Below the pieces are notes generated by a model. It was not told where the DNA came from and ran no database searches. It saw only the letters and a list, made by a program, of their open reading frames with translations. Made by a program: the position numbers and the translations under genes. Shown here piece after piece: positions 8,298-15,690 of a stretch of 26,030 nucleotides of DNA (positions are counted from its first letter, which is position 1; every line of letters begins with the position of its first letter). The stretch comes from a virus (Duplodnaviria > Caudoviricetes), in IMG/VR virus record IMGVR_UViG_3300037510_000256, positions 1 through 26,030 of that record, one strand, 5' to 3'.

Positions 8298-8403
8298 CTT
8301 CCAATTCCTTCCGAATCTTTCGACCTTCGATCACATCGCACTCCATCTTCAGAATGGAGCGCTCAGCCTCGTCACTTGTGGCCCACAGCTTGTCGTCGCG
8401 CAC
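8203..8403 (-). CDS. Hypothetical protein; its 3' end overlaps bet
   Basis: GGAGG RBS + GTG; fills the gap, but overlaps bet by 95 nt. Confidence 0.5.
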   Translation of the reverse strand: MRDDKLWATSDEAERSILKMECDVIEGRKIRKELEDERSRRNERGTATSPSCAPRDHRSAVENAGE

Positions 8404-8650
8404 GGTAATACCTCCACGAGACCATATTCACGACGCGGTTGTTCTTGCGTGCGTGCTTGCGTTTGATCTCGATGGAGCGCCAGCGCCGCAGATCTTCGTC
8501 GTTGCGCTTGTCGGTGAGCGCTCGTGCTGGCCACAGACCAGAGCCGCCCTGGAGCGCCCATTTCAGTTTCCAGCGAGCGAGCTGCATGGCGTTCTTCAGA
8601 TCTTGAAAGCCCTGCCCGAGAGCAGCTTCGATCTTCGCGGCGGTGCTCAT
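8372..8650 (-). CDS. Basic hypothetical protein (92 aa)
   Basis: ATGA-coupled, GGAG RBS. Confidence 0.65.
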   Translation of the reverse strand: MSTAAKIEAALGQGFQDLKNAMQLARWKLKWALQGGSGLWPARALTDKRNDEDLRRWRSIEIKRKHARKNNRVVNMVSWRYYRARRQAVGHK

Positions 8651-8940
8651 GGGATCTCCCCGCGAGCAGGGACGCCGTATTCCCGTTCTGGGCTACGGCG
8701 TCGCTTCTGCTCGCTTAGTTGGCGAATCATCTCGCGATGCTCGCGGCGGCTCTGTTCCGCGCGCTCTTCATCAGCGATCAATTGGTTGACCTGTCGCAGC
8801 ATCTCGCGAGAGCGGCTGCGCATGATCCCGATCGTCTCCCATGGGCAACGCTCGGTCCCCGGCTTCGCGTGGATGTCACAGTTGTGGACCACATCGTGAA
8901 TAACTTGAGCCTGCTTCAGGAGCTCGTCATATCGTGTCAT
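8647..8940 (-). CDS. Hypothetical coiled-coil protein (~97 aa)
   Basis: AAGGAG RBS before MTRYDELL. Confidence 0.75.
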   Translation of the reverse strand: MTRYDELLKQAQVIHDVVHNCDIHAKPGTERCPWETIGIMRSRSREMLRQVNQLIADEERAEQSRREHREMIRQLSEQKRRRSPEREYGVPARGEIP

Positions 8941-9094
8941 GGCGTAACTCCTTCGGTTCGTCGGCGACACCAGCCGCGAAGTCATGACTGACGATCTGGT
9001 GCGGCTCGGGATCAAGCCAACCGCTTTCGAGGTCAGCGTTGAACCGCAGCCAATCAGGATCGCGGTTCGTCAGTTCGATGGGATACGTGTTCAC
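8927..9094 (-). CDS. Small acidic hypothetical protein (~55 aa)
   Basis: GGAGG RBS + GTGA overlap. Confidence 0.65.
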   Translation of the reverse strand: MNTYPIELTNRDPDWLRFNADLESGWLDPEPHQIVSHDFAAGVADEPKELRHDTI

Positions 9095-9264
9095 GCGGCC
9101 TCCGATACTTGCTCGACCCAATCGTTCACTGCGTCTTGTGCCGTTTCGCCCAGCCCAATCGGGCAGCCGGGCTCGTAGTTGTCGTCAACGGCGGTCCACT
9201 GGAAGCCGTTGTGACAAACTTCGAGGATGACGATGCGGCCGTTGATTGTGATGGTGCGTGTCAC
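9091..9264 (-). CDS. Small hypothetical protein (MTRTITING...PIGLGETAQDAVNDW)
   Basis: GGAGAAAGGA RBS + GTG; G.GETxxxA pattern common in small phage proteins. Confidence 0.7.
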   Translation of the reverse strand: MTRTITINGRIVILEVCHNGFQWTAVDDNYEPGCPIGLGETAQDAVNDWVEQVSEAA

Positions 9265-9286
9265 GGTCCTTTCTCCATCCTGAGTC

Positions 9287-9850
9287 TTAGGCAGCAACCT
9301 TTTGCTTCCACTTTCGGCGGGCAGTAGGTGCGTCCTGTGGAATTGCTGGGACCGAATAGGCTTCGGCCTCGCCCCATCCTTGACGCACGCGCTGACGGCC
9401 GCGTGCGCAGATTCGGCATTGACGCCATTGGTCTTTGCCGTGGCGAACGCCATGTTCGGCGTAGGCATGTCCACGAGTGCAGTGAGTCTTCTTCTGGCAG
9501 AAGACACGACCCTTTGAGCTGGCGTCGAGCAAGTTCTCTTGTCGCGTGCCAATCCAAAGATGATCAGGGTTGACACACTTCCTGTTGTCGCAGCTGTGAC
9601 AGCAGTCCATGCCCTTTGGCACTGGACCCTTGACGATCGTGTGCATCATTCGATGAGCAACAATCTGTTTGCCCTTGAATGTCACCCAGGCATACCCGCC
9701 AGGCTCACGGACCGCTCCGGTCCATTCCCAGCACCCACTTGCAACTTTGTTGATGCGTTTCATCATCCGCTTCAGCATCAGTGGAAACGCGATCTTGTCC
9801 GGGACGTCCCGGCCGATATGCGTTTCGTTTGCTACAGTCGTGTTGCTCAT
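9287..9850 (-). CDS. HNH endonuclease (HNH + C-terminal Zn module)
   Basis: GCWEWTGA..GGY; AHR; CHSCDNRKCVNPDHL; THCTRGH...CRIC. Confidence 0.92.
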   Translation of the reverse strand: MSNTTVANETHIGRDVPDKIAFPLMLKRMMKRINKVASGCWEWTGAVREPGGYAWVTFKGKQIVAHRMMHTIVKGPVPKGMDCCHSCDNRKCVNPDHLWIGTRQENLLDASSKGRVFCQKKTHCTRGHAYAEHGVRHGKDQWRQCRICARGRQRVRQGWGEAEAYSVPAIPQDAPTARRKWKQKVAA

Positions 9851-9865
9851 GGCAGTTCGTGGGAC

Positions 9866-10291
9866 TTAGGTAGTCGCCTTGGCGATGGCAGCGCGGGCGC
9901 GCGTGATGAAACAATCATCCGCGTGCAGGATCAGCGTGCAGTCCAAGTGCTCAGCACCGCAGAACTCGCACGCGAAGATGTTATTCGCGGACGGCTGTGA
10001 GCCGCGCCATCCGATCACGGGATCGTCAGTCGGGCCGGTCAGAAACTGCAACGCCTCAAGCAGCTCCGGCGCGGCGGCGATCAGCTTGGCGTTGGCTTCG
10101 GCTTCGGCAAGGCTCACCGGACGGTTGTCGCCGATATCCAGGTCTTCGCCGGAATCCCAGAAACATTCGCAGACTTGGCTCGTCCGCAGGTAATAGTCAG
10201 AGCGCCCGTCGTTTTGCCAGACCGCAGTGACGGCGTCGTCTTGCGTGTTGACGCTGTCTGCGATCCACGGACCCGGTGTGTGCTTGCTCAT
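9866..10291 (-). CDS. HTPGPW-family phage protein with added CxxC module
   Basis: MSKHTPGPW...ANAKLIAAAPELLEAL...ARAAIAKAT. Confidence 0.85.
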   Translation of the reverse strand: MSKHTPGPWIADSVNTQDDAVTAVWQNDGRSDYYLRTSQVCECFWDSGEDLDIGDNRPVSLAEAEANAKLIAAAPELLEALQFLTGPTDDPVIGWRGSQPSANNIFACEFCGAEHLDCTLILHADDCFITRARAAIAKATT

Positions 10292-10320
10292 GTTCGTTCG
10301 CTCTCTGAGGGTGCGATGAG

Positions 10321-10536
10321 TCAGTAGACCCGCGCGTCACGCAGTCGCTTCGCGTTCTTACGAGCGCGCTTTGCTTCGGCCGCTGCCAACCGCTCGGGAT
10401 CGTGCTTCCAGTTGGGGCGGGAGCCTGCAGCTCGTGAGCGTGAAGCTGCATGCATCGCCCCGACACCGAGACTGCCCGCGGCGAGCGCTGCTGCTATCGT
10501 GAGCGCGCCTATGTGTGATCGATGGTAGTGACGCAT
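10321..10536 (-). CDS. Small protein with hydrophobic N-helix and basic C-terminus
   Basis: ERLAAAEAKRARKNAKRL motif; RBS present. Confidence 0.7.
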   Translation of the reverse strand: MRHYHRSHIGALTIAAALAAGSLGVGAMHAASRSRAAGSRPNWKHDPERLAAAEAKRARKNAKRLRDARVY

Positions 10537-10551
10537 TGAAGTTGTCTCGCT

Positions 10552-10815
10552 CTATTGCTTCGCCAGCTCGGCCAGGAGGGCGTCTGCTGCACGCCCGGCT
10601 ACACCGGCGACCTGATCCCAAGTCACATTGGTCAAGCCCCAGCCGGTGCTGTCGTTCTGTTGAATCGGTCCACCAGGGTTTGCAAGCAGCCCCTGCATCG
10701 CCATCGCCGCGAACAGCTCGCGCTTGGTGAGGCCGGGCGCGCCTTCGCACATAGGCTCGCCATTGGGGCCAAAGATGCTCGGTATCGCGAATGCGTGTGA
10801 AGTTGCGTTGCTCAT
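10552..10815 (-). CDS. Conserved phage protein of the G(M/L)T.R(D/E).FAA.AMQG family
   Basis: GLTKRELFAAMAMQGLLAN...ADALLAEL. Confidence 0.85.
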   Translation of the reverse strand: MSNATSHAFAIPSIFGPNGEPMCEGAPGLTKRELFAAMAMQGLLANPGGPIQQNDSTGWGLTNVTWDQVAGVAGRAADALLAELAKQ

Positions 10816-10830
10816 GTTCGCTCTCACGCT

Positions 10831-11445
10831 CTATGAGTTGGCCATCTGAATCAGCAGATCGCGAAAGGCGATCGGTGTGGCGTTTCGAATCTTCGTCTTG
10901 TCCTTGCCGCCGACCATTGCGCAGACACCGATGCGCCTGGCCTTGGTGTAGCCGTAGCGCTCAAGCGCAACCGGGTGCAGTCGCTGCTCACCGCGTGTCC
11001 AGTTCAATTCGGGCAGTTCGGTGTGGACGGCATACAGCCAGGTTGGCTTGCGGGACATATGGCCGTAGTGACCTTGCTCGACGTAACAGGTGTAGCCGGT
11101 CGTGAAATGGCCGCGCTCTGCCGGCATCCAGCCTTTGTATCGTTCCGGCCGGTTCAGCCCGAAATATTTCCAGGCATGACTGTCGGCCGGATGCTCCAGC
11201 ACGCCGCCATAGGTGCGCACGGCTTTCAGCGCCGCCTCGAAACATCCAGCATCGTCACCAAGCTTGTATTGATGGGGCTTGCGGGTGCTTCCATGCCAGA
11301 AGCGGCCCCATCGCTGACACGGCGGGTGTGCAACGACTCGATGCGGGCCGGCATATAGCCGCGCGTCGCGCTGCTCATCCCAGGGGTCCACGTTGTCGAG
11401 TCCGAAGTACACGCCGTTTGTCTCTACAAAAAGTGCCGCGATCAT
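10831..11445 (-). CDS. Divergent C5-methyltransferase-like protein (204 aa)
   Basis: AHPPCQ (catalytic PC), VLEHP (ENV-equivalent), QGHYGH..RKPTWL, C-terminal TPIAFRDLL; no canonical FxGxG. Confidence 0.7.
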   Translation of the reverse strand: MIAALFVETNGVYFGLDNVDPWDEQRDARLYAGPHRVVAHPPCQRWGRFWHGSTRKPHQYKLGDDAGCFEAALKAVRTYGGVLEHPADSHAWKYFGLNRPERYKGWMPAERGHFTTGYTCYVEQGHYGHMSRKPTWLYAVHTELPELNWTRGEQRLHPVALERYGYTKARRIGVCAMVGGKDKTKIRNATPIAFRDLLIQMANS

Positions 11446-11466
11446 TGAGACAAGAAAAATTATTTG

Positions 11467-11610
11467 TTACCGAGTCGACATGAGTCGCTTCTGTACGTAA
11501 ACCGTGCGGCCGCCTTGGTCGTAGCGATTGCATTGACCGAGCCGAATAATGTGAACAATTCCTGCGCGGCGCATCCGAAGAAGCAAAGCCGCTATATGCG
11601 TCCTGGTCAT
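11467..11610 (-). CDS. Small hypothetical protein (47 aa)
   Basis: GGGAG RBS; ATGA overlap. Confidence 0.55.
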   Translation of the reverse strand: MTRTHIAALLLRMRRAGIVHIIRLGQCNRYDQGGRTVYVQKRLMSTR

Positions 11611-11882
11611 GACTTGCTCCCGATAACTTCCAATTCTTCCGGCAGGTAGGCCAATTCCCAGGGGATGGGGAAGTGATCCATCTCCACCACTACGCGACCT
11701 TGATGCCATCGCTTAACCGTACCTTCGGATCCAACCCGGAGAGTCTCTGGGCATTTAGGCCCAACGATTCGACAGACGCGCACCCGAGCGCCTTCAGTCA
11801 TGCCAGCAATGCGTGCGTCGATCTCTGTCAGTTTGCTCATTGCTGATCGCATTCCGCCTTGATGTCTCCGATTGAGTGCCAT
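11607..11882 (-). CDS. Small beta-barrel (SH3/KOW-like) hypothetical protein; alternative start 11840
   Basis: GARVRV...GSEGTVK...VVVEMD...EELEVI pattern. Confidence 0.65.
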   Translation of the reverse strand: MALNRRHQGGMRSAMSKLTEIDARIAGMTEGARVRVCRIVGPKCPETLRVGSEGTVKRWHQGRVVVEMDHFPIPWELAYLPEELEVIGSKS

Positions 11883-11903
11883 AAATGTCTGACTCCTGAT
11901 TTG

Positions 11904-12221
11904 TTAGCGGCTCGAAATGATTGCTTCCAATTCGGACCGGTAGGCAAAGTCGCGCGATTTGCGCAGTGACATTCCGAGTGTCTTGCGCACACAGCGGTCA
12001 TGCTCGGCGTAGCTGAGATACGGAACGCCCTGCCAGTTACCACCGGACACACGTGCGTTGAGGCGCTTGTGTGACCGGCGCTTTCTGGGGCGGACTGTGG
12101 GAAGACTCGGGCTACTCGGTTCGCGCGGCATGACTGCGACCGCGTTTCCAGTACCAGCAGAGGCGGCGAGAGCCAGCGCGGCCATCATTCCCAAGCTTGA
12201 ATGTGATCTCATGTGCGTCAT
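11904..12221 (-). CDS. Hypothetical protein with hydrophobic N-helix and Arg-rich segment
   Basis: MAALALAASAG; RPRKRRSHKR; fits the operon. Confidence 0.65.
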   Translation of the reverse strand: MTHMRSHSSLGMMAALALAASAGTGNAVAVMPREPSSPSLPTVRPRKRRSHKRLNARVSGGNWQGVPYLSYAEHDRCVRKTLGMSLRKSRDFAYRSELEAIISSR

Positions 12222-12235
12222 CCCACGATCTGGAA

Positions 12236-12427
12236 TTAGTTCTGCCGAACGCGGCGGCGATACTCGATCAGCGCCTTGTCGGCTCGCTCGCTGCAAAGCC
12301 GAATCGCCAGGTCCTCGTTGACCTTGCGCTTGCTCCAGAAATTGAAGCTCGCGAGCTGGTCGGACTGGACGCGGCTCCAGTGCTGGCTTTCGCCTCGGTT
12401 GCGGAACTTGGGTTGCTTGCTTGGCAT
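12236..12427 (-). CDS. First gene of the PL operon, basic 63-aa protein (MPSKQPKFRNRG...)
   Basis: ATG lies 7 nt below the PL -10 box. Confidence 0.65.
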   Translation of the reverse strand: MPSKQPKFRNRGESQHWSRVQSDQLASFNFWSKRKVNEDLAIRLCSERADKALIEYRRRVRQN

Positions 12428-12434
12428 GGGTCGT

Positions 12435-12463
12435 ACACTACGGCCGGCCGTAAACAATGTCAA
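12435..12463 (-). promoter_or_regulatory. PL-like sigma70 promoter TTGACA-N17-TAGTGT
   Basis: Perfect -35, 17-bp spacer, overlapped by operators. Confidence 0.85.
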
Positions 12464-12474
12464 CGGGGCACCGT
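12440..12474. promoter_or_regulatory. OL operators: ACGGCCGGCCGT (12440-12451) and ACGGGGCACCGT (12463-12474)
   Basis: Palindromic ACGG-N4-CCGT, same motif as at OR. Confidence 0.85.
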
Positions 12475-12493
12475 AACTTTTTTCGATAGGCAC

Positions 12494-12517
12494 AAAAAAC
12501 CCGGCGCTGGGCCGGGT
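12494..12517 (-). terminator. Rho-independent terminator downstream of the repressor gene
   Basis: CCCGGC-ccagc-GCCGGG followed by TTTTTT on the minus strand. Confidence 0.85.
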
Positions 12518-12545
12518 GTTCGGTGGTTTGCCTGAAGGGGTGGCT

Positions 12546-12953
12546 TTAACCCGTCTTCTTAGCTTTCCTGCGCTCGGATTCTATCTCGGCTAGCGCTTCG
12601 AGCAGCTTCGTCTCCGCGTAGCTGCGTTCAATGTTGTTCAGTTTGGACAGTTTGGACTGCGAGATGGCTGGGAAGGGCCAGTCAGGTGCTTCGGTGGGGG
12701 GCTCCTGGGCGAACTCAGCCTCGGGCTCGCCTTTGTCCGTCTCAAGATAGTAAGGGTTCAGCTTCAGCTTCGCCGCGATCAGGTGAAGCTTCTTACTCTC
12801 TTGGGAGCGATCGTTCTCAAGATCGGCTAGGCCTGAGTAGCTCATCCCGATCAGCTTAGCGAATTCTAACCGCTTGAACTTGCGATGCTCCCGCCACCAT
12901 CGGATGCGCGGGCCAAGGGTGTCAAATTTTGGCAGTCCTGGGGGTCTAGGCAT
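12546..12953 (-). CDS. cI: CI-like XRE-family HTH repressor (135 aa, no S24 peptidase domain)
   Basis: LGPRIRWWRE...RLEFAKLIGMSYSGLADLEND; divergent from cro across the operators. Confidence 0.85.
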   Translation of the reverse strand: MPRPPGLPKFDTLGPRIRWWREHRKFKRLEFAKLIGMSYSGLADLENDRSQESKKLHLIAAKLKLNPYYLETDKGEPEAEFAQEPPTEAPDWPFPAISQSKLSKLNNIERSYAETKLLEALAEIESERRKAKKTG

Positions 12954-12965
12954 AACCACATTTTC

Positions 12966-13014
12966 ACGGACTTCCGTAACGATGGGCCGTCGAGTTGACT
13001 CTACGGCGGGCCGT
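12966..13014. promoter_or_regulatory. OR operators: ACGGACTTCCGT (12966-12977), ACGATGGGCCGT (12979-12990), ACGGCGGGCCGT (13003-13014)
   Basis: Three ACGG-N4-CCGT sites (one with a single mismatch) in the 76-bp cI/cro gap. Confidence 0.85.
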
Positions 13015-13022
13015 AGTACACT
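12995..13022 (+). promoter_or_regulatory. PR-like promoter TTGACT-N16-TACACT
   Basis: Near-consensus boxes with an operator in the spacer. Confidence 0.75.
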
Positions 13023-13029
13023 CGGACCC

Positions 13030-13251
13030 ATGACCACCTGGGCATCTCGCATCACGGACCTTCGGGCCACTGGGTTGACGCTAGCTGAAATAGGCGAGCG
13101 CATCGGACTAACTGCCTCGTCCGTGAGTGACATCGAGTGCAAACGCACTTCGGAGCCCAAGGGCGGGGCGGCACTGAAACTTGTTTCTTTGCATGACTCT
13201 CTTTGTTCAAAAGCCTCATCTCGACTCACTACGAGCCGCAAGGCCGGATAG
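13030..13251 (+). CDS. cro: Cro-like HTH protein (73 aa)
   Basis: WASRITDLRATGLTLAEIGERIGLTASSVSDI...EPKG...LKL. Confidence 0.85.
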   Translation: MTTWASRITDLRATGLTLAEIGERIGLTASSVSDIECKRTSEPKGGAALKLVSLHDSLCSKASSRLTTSRKAG

Positions 13252-13304
13252 TTCCTTTTCGTTGTCGTCATCTTAGCTCCCGAAAAAAATTTGTCTCGAT
13301 TCTC

Positions 13305-13778
13305 ATGGGTCAAATGAAATCAAAAGATGTGCGTCAATTGGATCTACCGGTTGTGAAGCCGGCGGACCCCTCGGTAATGCAGGCGCACGTCCACGATGTG
13401 ATTTCACTTCTTCCAACGATTCGACGCATTCCAACACTTCACAAATCGATTGAGTTCGCGCGGGAATTATCGGGGCTGGAAGACAAAGAGATATACGGCA
13501 GATCCGGAATCGACCCGGCCCAGTTTTCAAGAATGAAGTCCGGTTCAGCTTGGTATCCACAAGATGACCGCTGGCTGAAGATTCTGAACACGATGAAGAC
13601 GGAAATCCCTGTCGCTTGGCAGGTGGAAGCTCTGGGCTATGACTGGTCGTCGTTGCGACGACATCAGTCGGAAACGGAACGAGAGCTAGAAGCAGCCAGG
13701 CTGCGTATCCGAGAGCTAGAGCACGATCGCGAAGTCGAGCAGCGGGTGATTGCTCAACTGATCGGTGGCCGCAAATGA
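13305..13778 (+). CDS. CII-position transcriptional regulator (HTH + coiled coil)
   Basis: SGLEDKEIYGRSGIDPAQFSRMKSG HTH; lies directly after cro. Confidence 0.75.
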   Translation: MGQMKSKDVRQLDLPVVKPADPSVMQAHVHDVISLLPTIRRIPTLHKSIEFARELSGLEDKEIYGRSGIDPAQFSRMKSGSAWYPQDDRWLKILNTMKTEIPVAWQVEALGYDWSSLRRHQSETERELEAARLRIRELEHDREVEQRVIAQLIGGRK

Positions 13779-14040
13779 GGGGGCTCGTATCCACAAGCTT
13801 TGCCATCCGTCTGCTGCTCGATGCTGGAGGCGACAGTAGTAGGAAGTCTCTGGTCGCCGCGGTGAGTGCTCTGTCTACTCCGTATGTAATTCGACCGCAA
13901 CATAGGTTTAACCACAGGGGGAAACCCCTCGGCCAAAAGCGTTGCGTCGTCAATGAAACTGACGTAGTCGATTCGGCCGTTTCTTCGTTGTGTATTGCAC
14001 AGTCAGTGCACTCGCCCTTTCTTTCCTCGCTCCCCCATTC

Positions 14041-14068
14041 GGCCGCGCTTCGGTGCGGCCATTTTTTT
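14041..14068 (+). terminator. tR-like intrinsic terminator
   Basis: GGCCGCGC-TTCG-GTGCGGCC followed by ATTTTTTT. Confidence 0.85.
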
Positions 14069-14079
14069 GAGGTGAGGTC

Positions 14080-14310
14080 ATGAGCAACTGCCGCGACACG
14101 CAAAACGATCGGCTGTTGGAGTACTTGAAGAAGCACAAGTACATCACGCGCGCGCCAGCATTTACTGAACTCGGCATTGCCAACCTGTGGGCGAGGGCAG
14201 CCGAGCTTCGTGAGCGAGGCCATCGCATCGACGGTGTGTGGACGAGGACGAGAGCCGGCGCCCGAGTCATGCAGTACTGGCTGGTAGAAGGAAAACGGAA
14301 GGCAGCGTGA
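14080..14310 (+). CDS. Winged-HTH (HTH_39-like) phage protein
   Basis: TQNDRLLEYL...IT...ELGI..L.AR..ELR..GH.I...V..YWL; GAGGTGAGG RBS. Confidence 0.85.
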   Translation: MSNCRDTQNDRLLEYLKKHKYITRAPAFTELGIANLWARAAELRERGHRIDGVWTRTRAGARVMQYWLVEGKRKAA

Positions 14311-14495
14311 TCAATCCGGAAGCACACGGCTACGACGCCGAGCTCGAGCGCCGCATCGACTTCGAAGCGGGGTTACTTGCGATCGCTCTGACACCAGCTG
14401 AGCAGACTTCGGCGTGGGAAGAGCTGAAGCGGCTCGTTGCTCAGCGCTCACCGGAGCGTATCGAGCAGATGGAACGCGAGAGGGGGCTGCGTTGA
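14307..14495 (+). CDS. Small conserved phage protein (62 aa)
   Basis: GTGA overlap; C-terminal RSPE.IEQMERERGL. Confidence 0.75.
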   Translation: MINPEAHGYDAELERRIDFEAGLLAIALTPAEQTSAWEELKRLVAQRSPERIEQMERERGLR

Positions 14496-15286
14496 GAGAG
14501 TACGGCCGCATTCACTGCGCGTTCTGGACCAGTACCGATATTCAGTCGATGTCTGAAGATGGCCGCTGGCTGGCTATGTACCTGTTATCCAGTCCGCACA
14601 CCACGATCATTGGCGCCTTTCGCCTTCCTGATGGTTATATCTGCGAGGACATGAAATGGACTCCGGAAAGGGTTTCGAAAGGGTTCAATGAACTGTTGTC
14701 GAAGGGTTTTGCTAACCGTTGCGGAACCACGAAATGGGTGTGGATTCGCAAGTTTTTGGAATGGAATTCGCCGGAGAACCCGAATCAGTGGAAGGCGGCG
14801 CGCAAAGTCGCTGCTCAGATACCTGACGGGTGCTCGTGGAAGGCTGAATTTGAAGGGTATTTCGTAGCTTTGACCGATGATCCATCCCTAGGTAATTCGA
14901 ACCCTTCCGAAACGGTTTCGAAAGAGTTTCGAAATCAGGAACAGGAACAGGAACAGGAACAGGAACAGAAGAAGAAACAGAACGGGCATTCGTCGGCGGT
15001 GCCGACCGATGTGACGCAGGTGTTCGAACACTGGAAGGTCGAGCATAACCATCCCAAATCGAAGCTCGACACCAAACGAGCCAAGCTCATTCGCGTAGCT
15101 CTGCAGTCGTACAGCGCCGAACAGCTTTGCCAATCGATCAGCGGGTACAAGCACTCACCCCACCACATGGGGAAAAACGACCGGAACACGGTGTACGACG
15201 ACATCGAGATTTTCCTCCGCGATGCTAAGCACATCGATGCTGGGCTCAAGTTCGCGGAGAAGGGGAGCGAGCAGAAATGGATGTAA
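14492..15286 (+). CDS. Phage replication initiator (O-like/replisome organiser)
   Basis: TTG start with GAGGGGG RBS; FW...LS/MS..GR.LA.YLL.SPH N-domain, QEQE linker, VFEHW C-domain; internal iterons. Confidence 0.85.
   Translation: MREYGRIHCAFWTSTDIQSMSEDGRWLAMYLLSSPHTTIIGAFRLPDGYICEDMKWTPERVSKGFNELLSKGFANRCGTTKWVWIRKFLEWNSPENPNQWKAARKVAAQIPDGCSWKAEFEGYFVALTDDPSLGNSNPSETVSKEFRNQEQEQEQEQEQKKKQNGHSSAVPTDVTQVFEHWKVEHNHPKSKLDTKRAKLIRVALQSYSAEQLCQSISGYKHSPHHMGKNDRNTVYDDIEIFLRDAKHIDAGLKFAEKGSEQKWM
14666..14934. repeat. Putative origin iterons, 11-bp GAAA-N3-TTTC units
   Basis: GAAAGGGTTTC GAAAGGGTTC (14666-14686), GAAACGGTTTC GAAAGAGTTTC (14909-14930), variants near 14700 and 14899. Confidence 0.65.
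14936..14965 (+). repeat. (CAGGAA)5 tandem repeat encoding the QE linker
   Basis: Read directly from the sequence. Confidence 0.95.
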
Positions 15287-15690
15287 ACGAACTCGTCGCC
15301 CGACTGGAGAAGGCCAAGCGAACCTCGCGTGATTCGTGGATTGCGTGCTGTCCGGCGCACAAAGACCGCACGCCGAGCCTCACGGTTCGCGGTCTGGACG
15401 ACGGCCGCATTCTGGTTCACTGCTTCGCCGGGTGTGGTGCTGCAGACGTGATGGCGGCGATAGGGCTGGAGACTGCCGATCTGTTCCCCGCGCCAATCGC
15501 GGATCACTTGCCGGCGGTGCGCCAGCCGTTCAGTGCAGCGGACGTACTGCGAGCTCTGCGGCGTGAGGCCGCAGTGGTGGCGATCGCATCGGCGGATGCG
15601 GTCGAGGGGAAGGCTGTGGACCGTGAGCGGCTGTTCCTGGCCAGCGAGCGCATCGCTGACGCCTGCGAGTACATCCATGTCAACGCATAG
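15277..15690 (+). CDS. Stand-alone primase zinc-binding domain protein
   Basis: ACCPAHKDRTPSL...ILVHCFAGC; no TOPRIM domain. Confidence 0.85.
   Translation: MDVNELVARLEKAKRTSRDSWIACCPAHKDRTPSLTVRGLDDGRILVHCFAGCGAADVMAAIGLETADLFPAPIADHLPAVRQPFSAADVLRALRREAAVVAIASADAVEGKAVDRERLFLASERIADACEYIHVNA

Noticed and set aside
12954-13313. N-terminal extension of the repressor ORF (255 aa)
   Set aside because: Overlaps cro, PR and the operators on the opposite strand; the HTH begins after 12953
13775-14083. 102-aa plus-strand ORF with ATGA overlaps
   Set aside because: Contains an intrinsic terminator, has atypical composition and no clear RBS; not fully excluded
13303-14223. 306-aa minus-strand ORF
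   Set aside because: Antisense to better-supported plus-strand genes; no motifs
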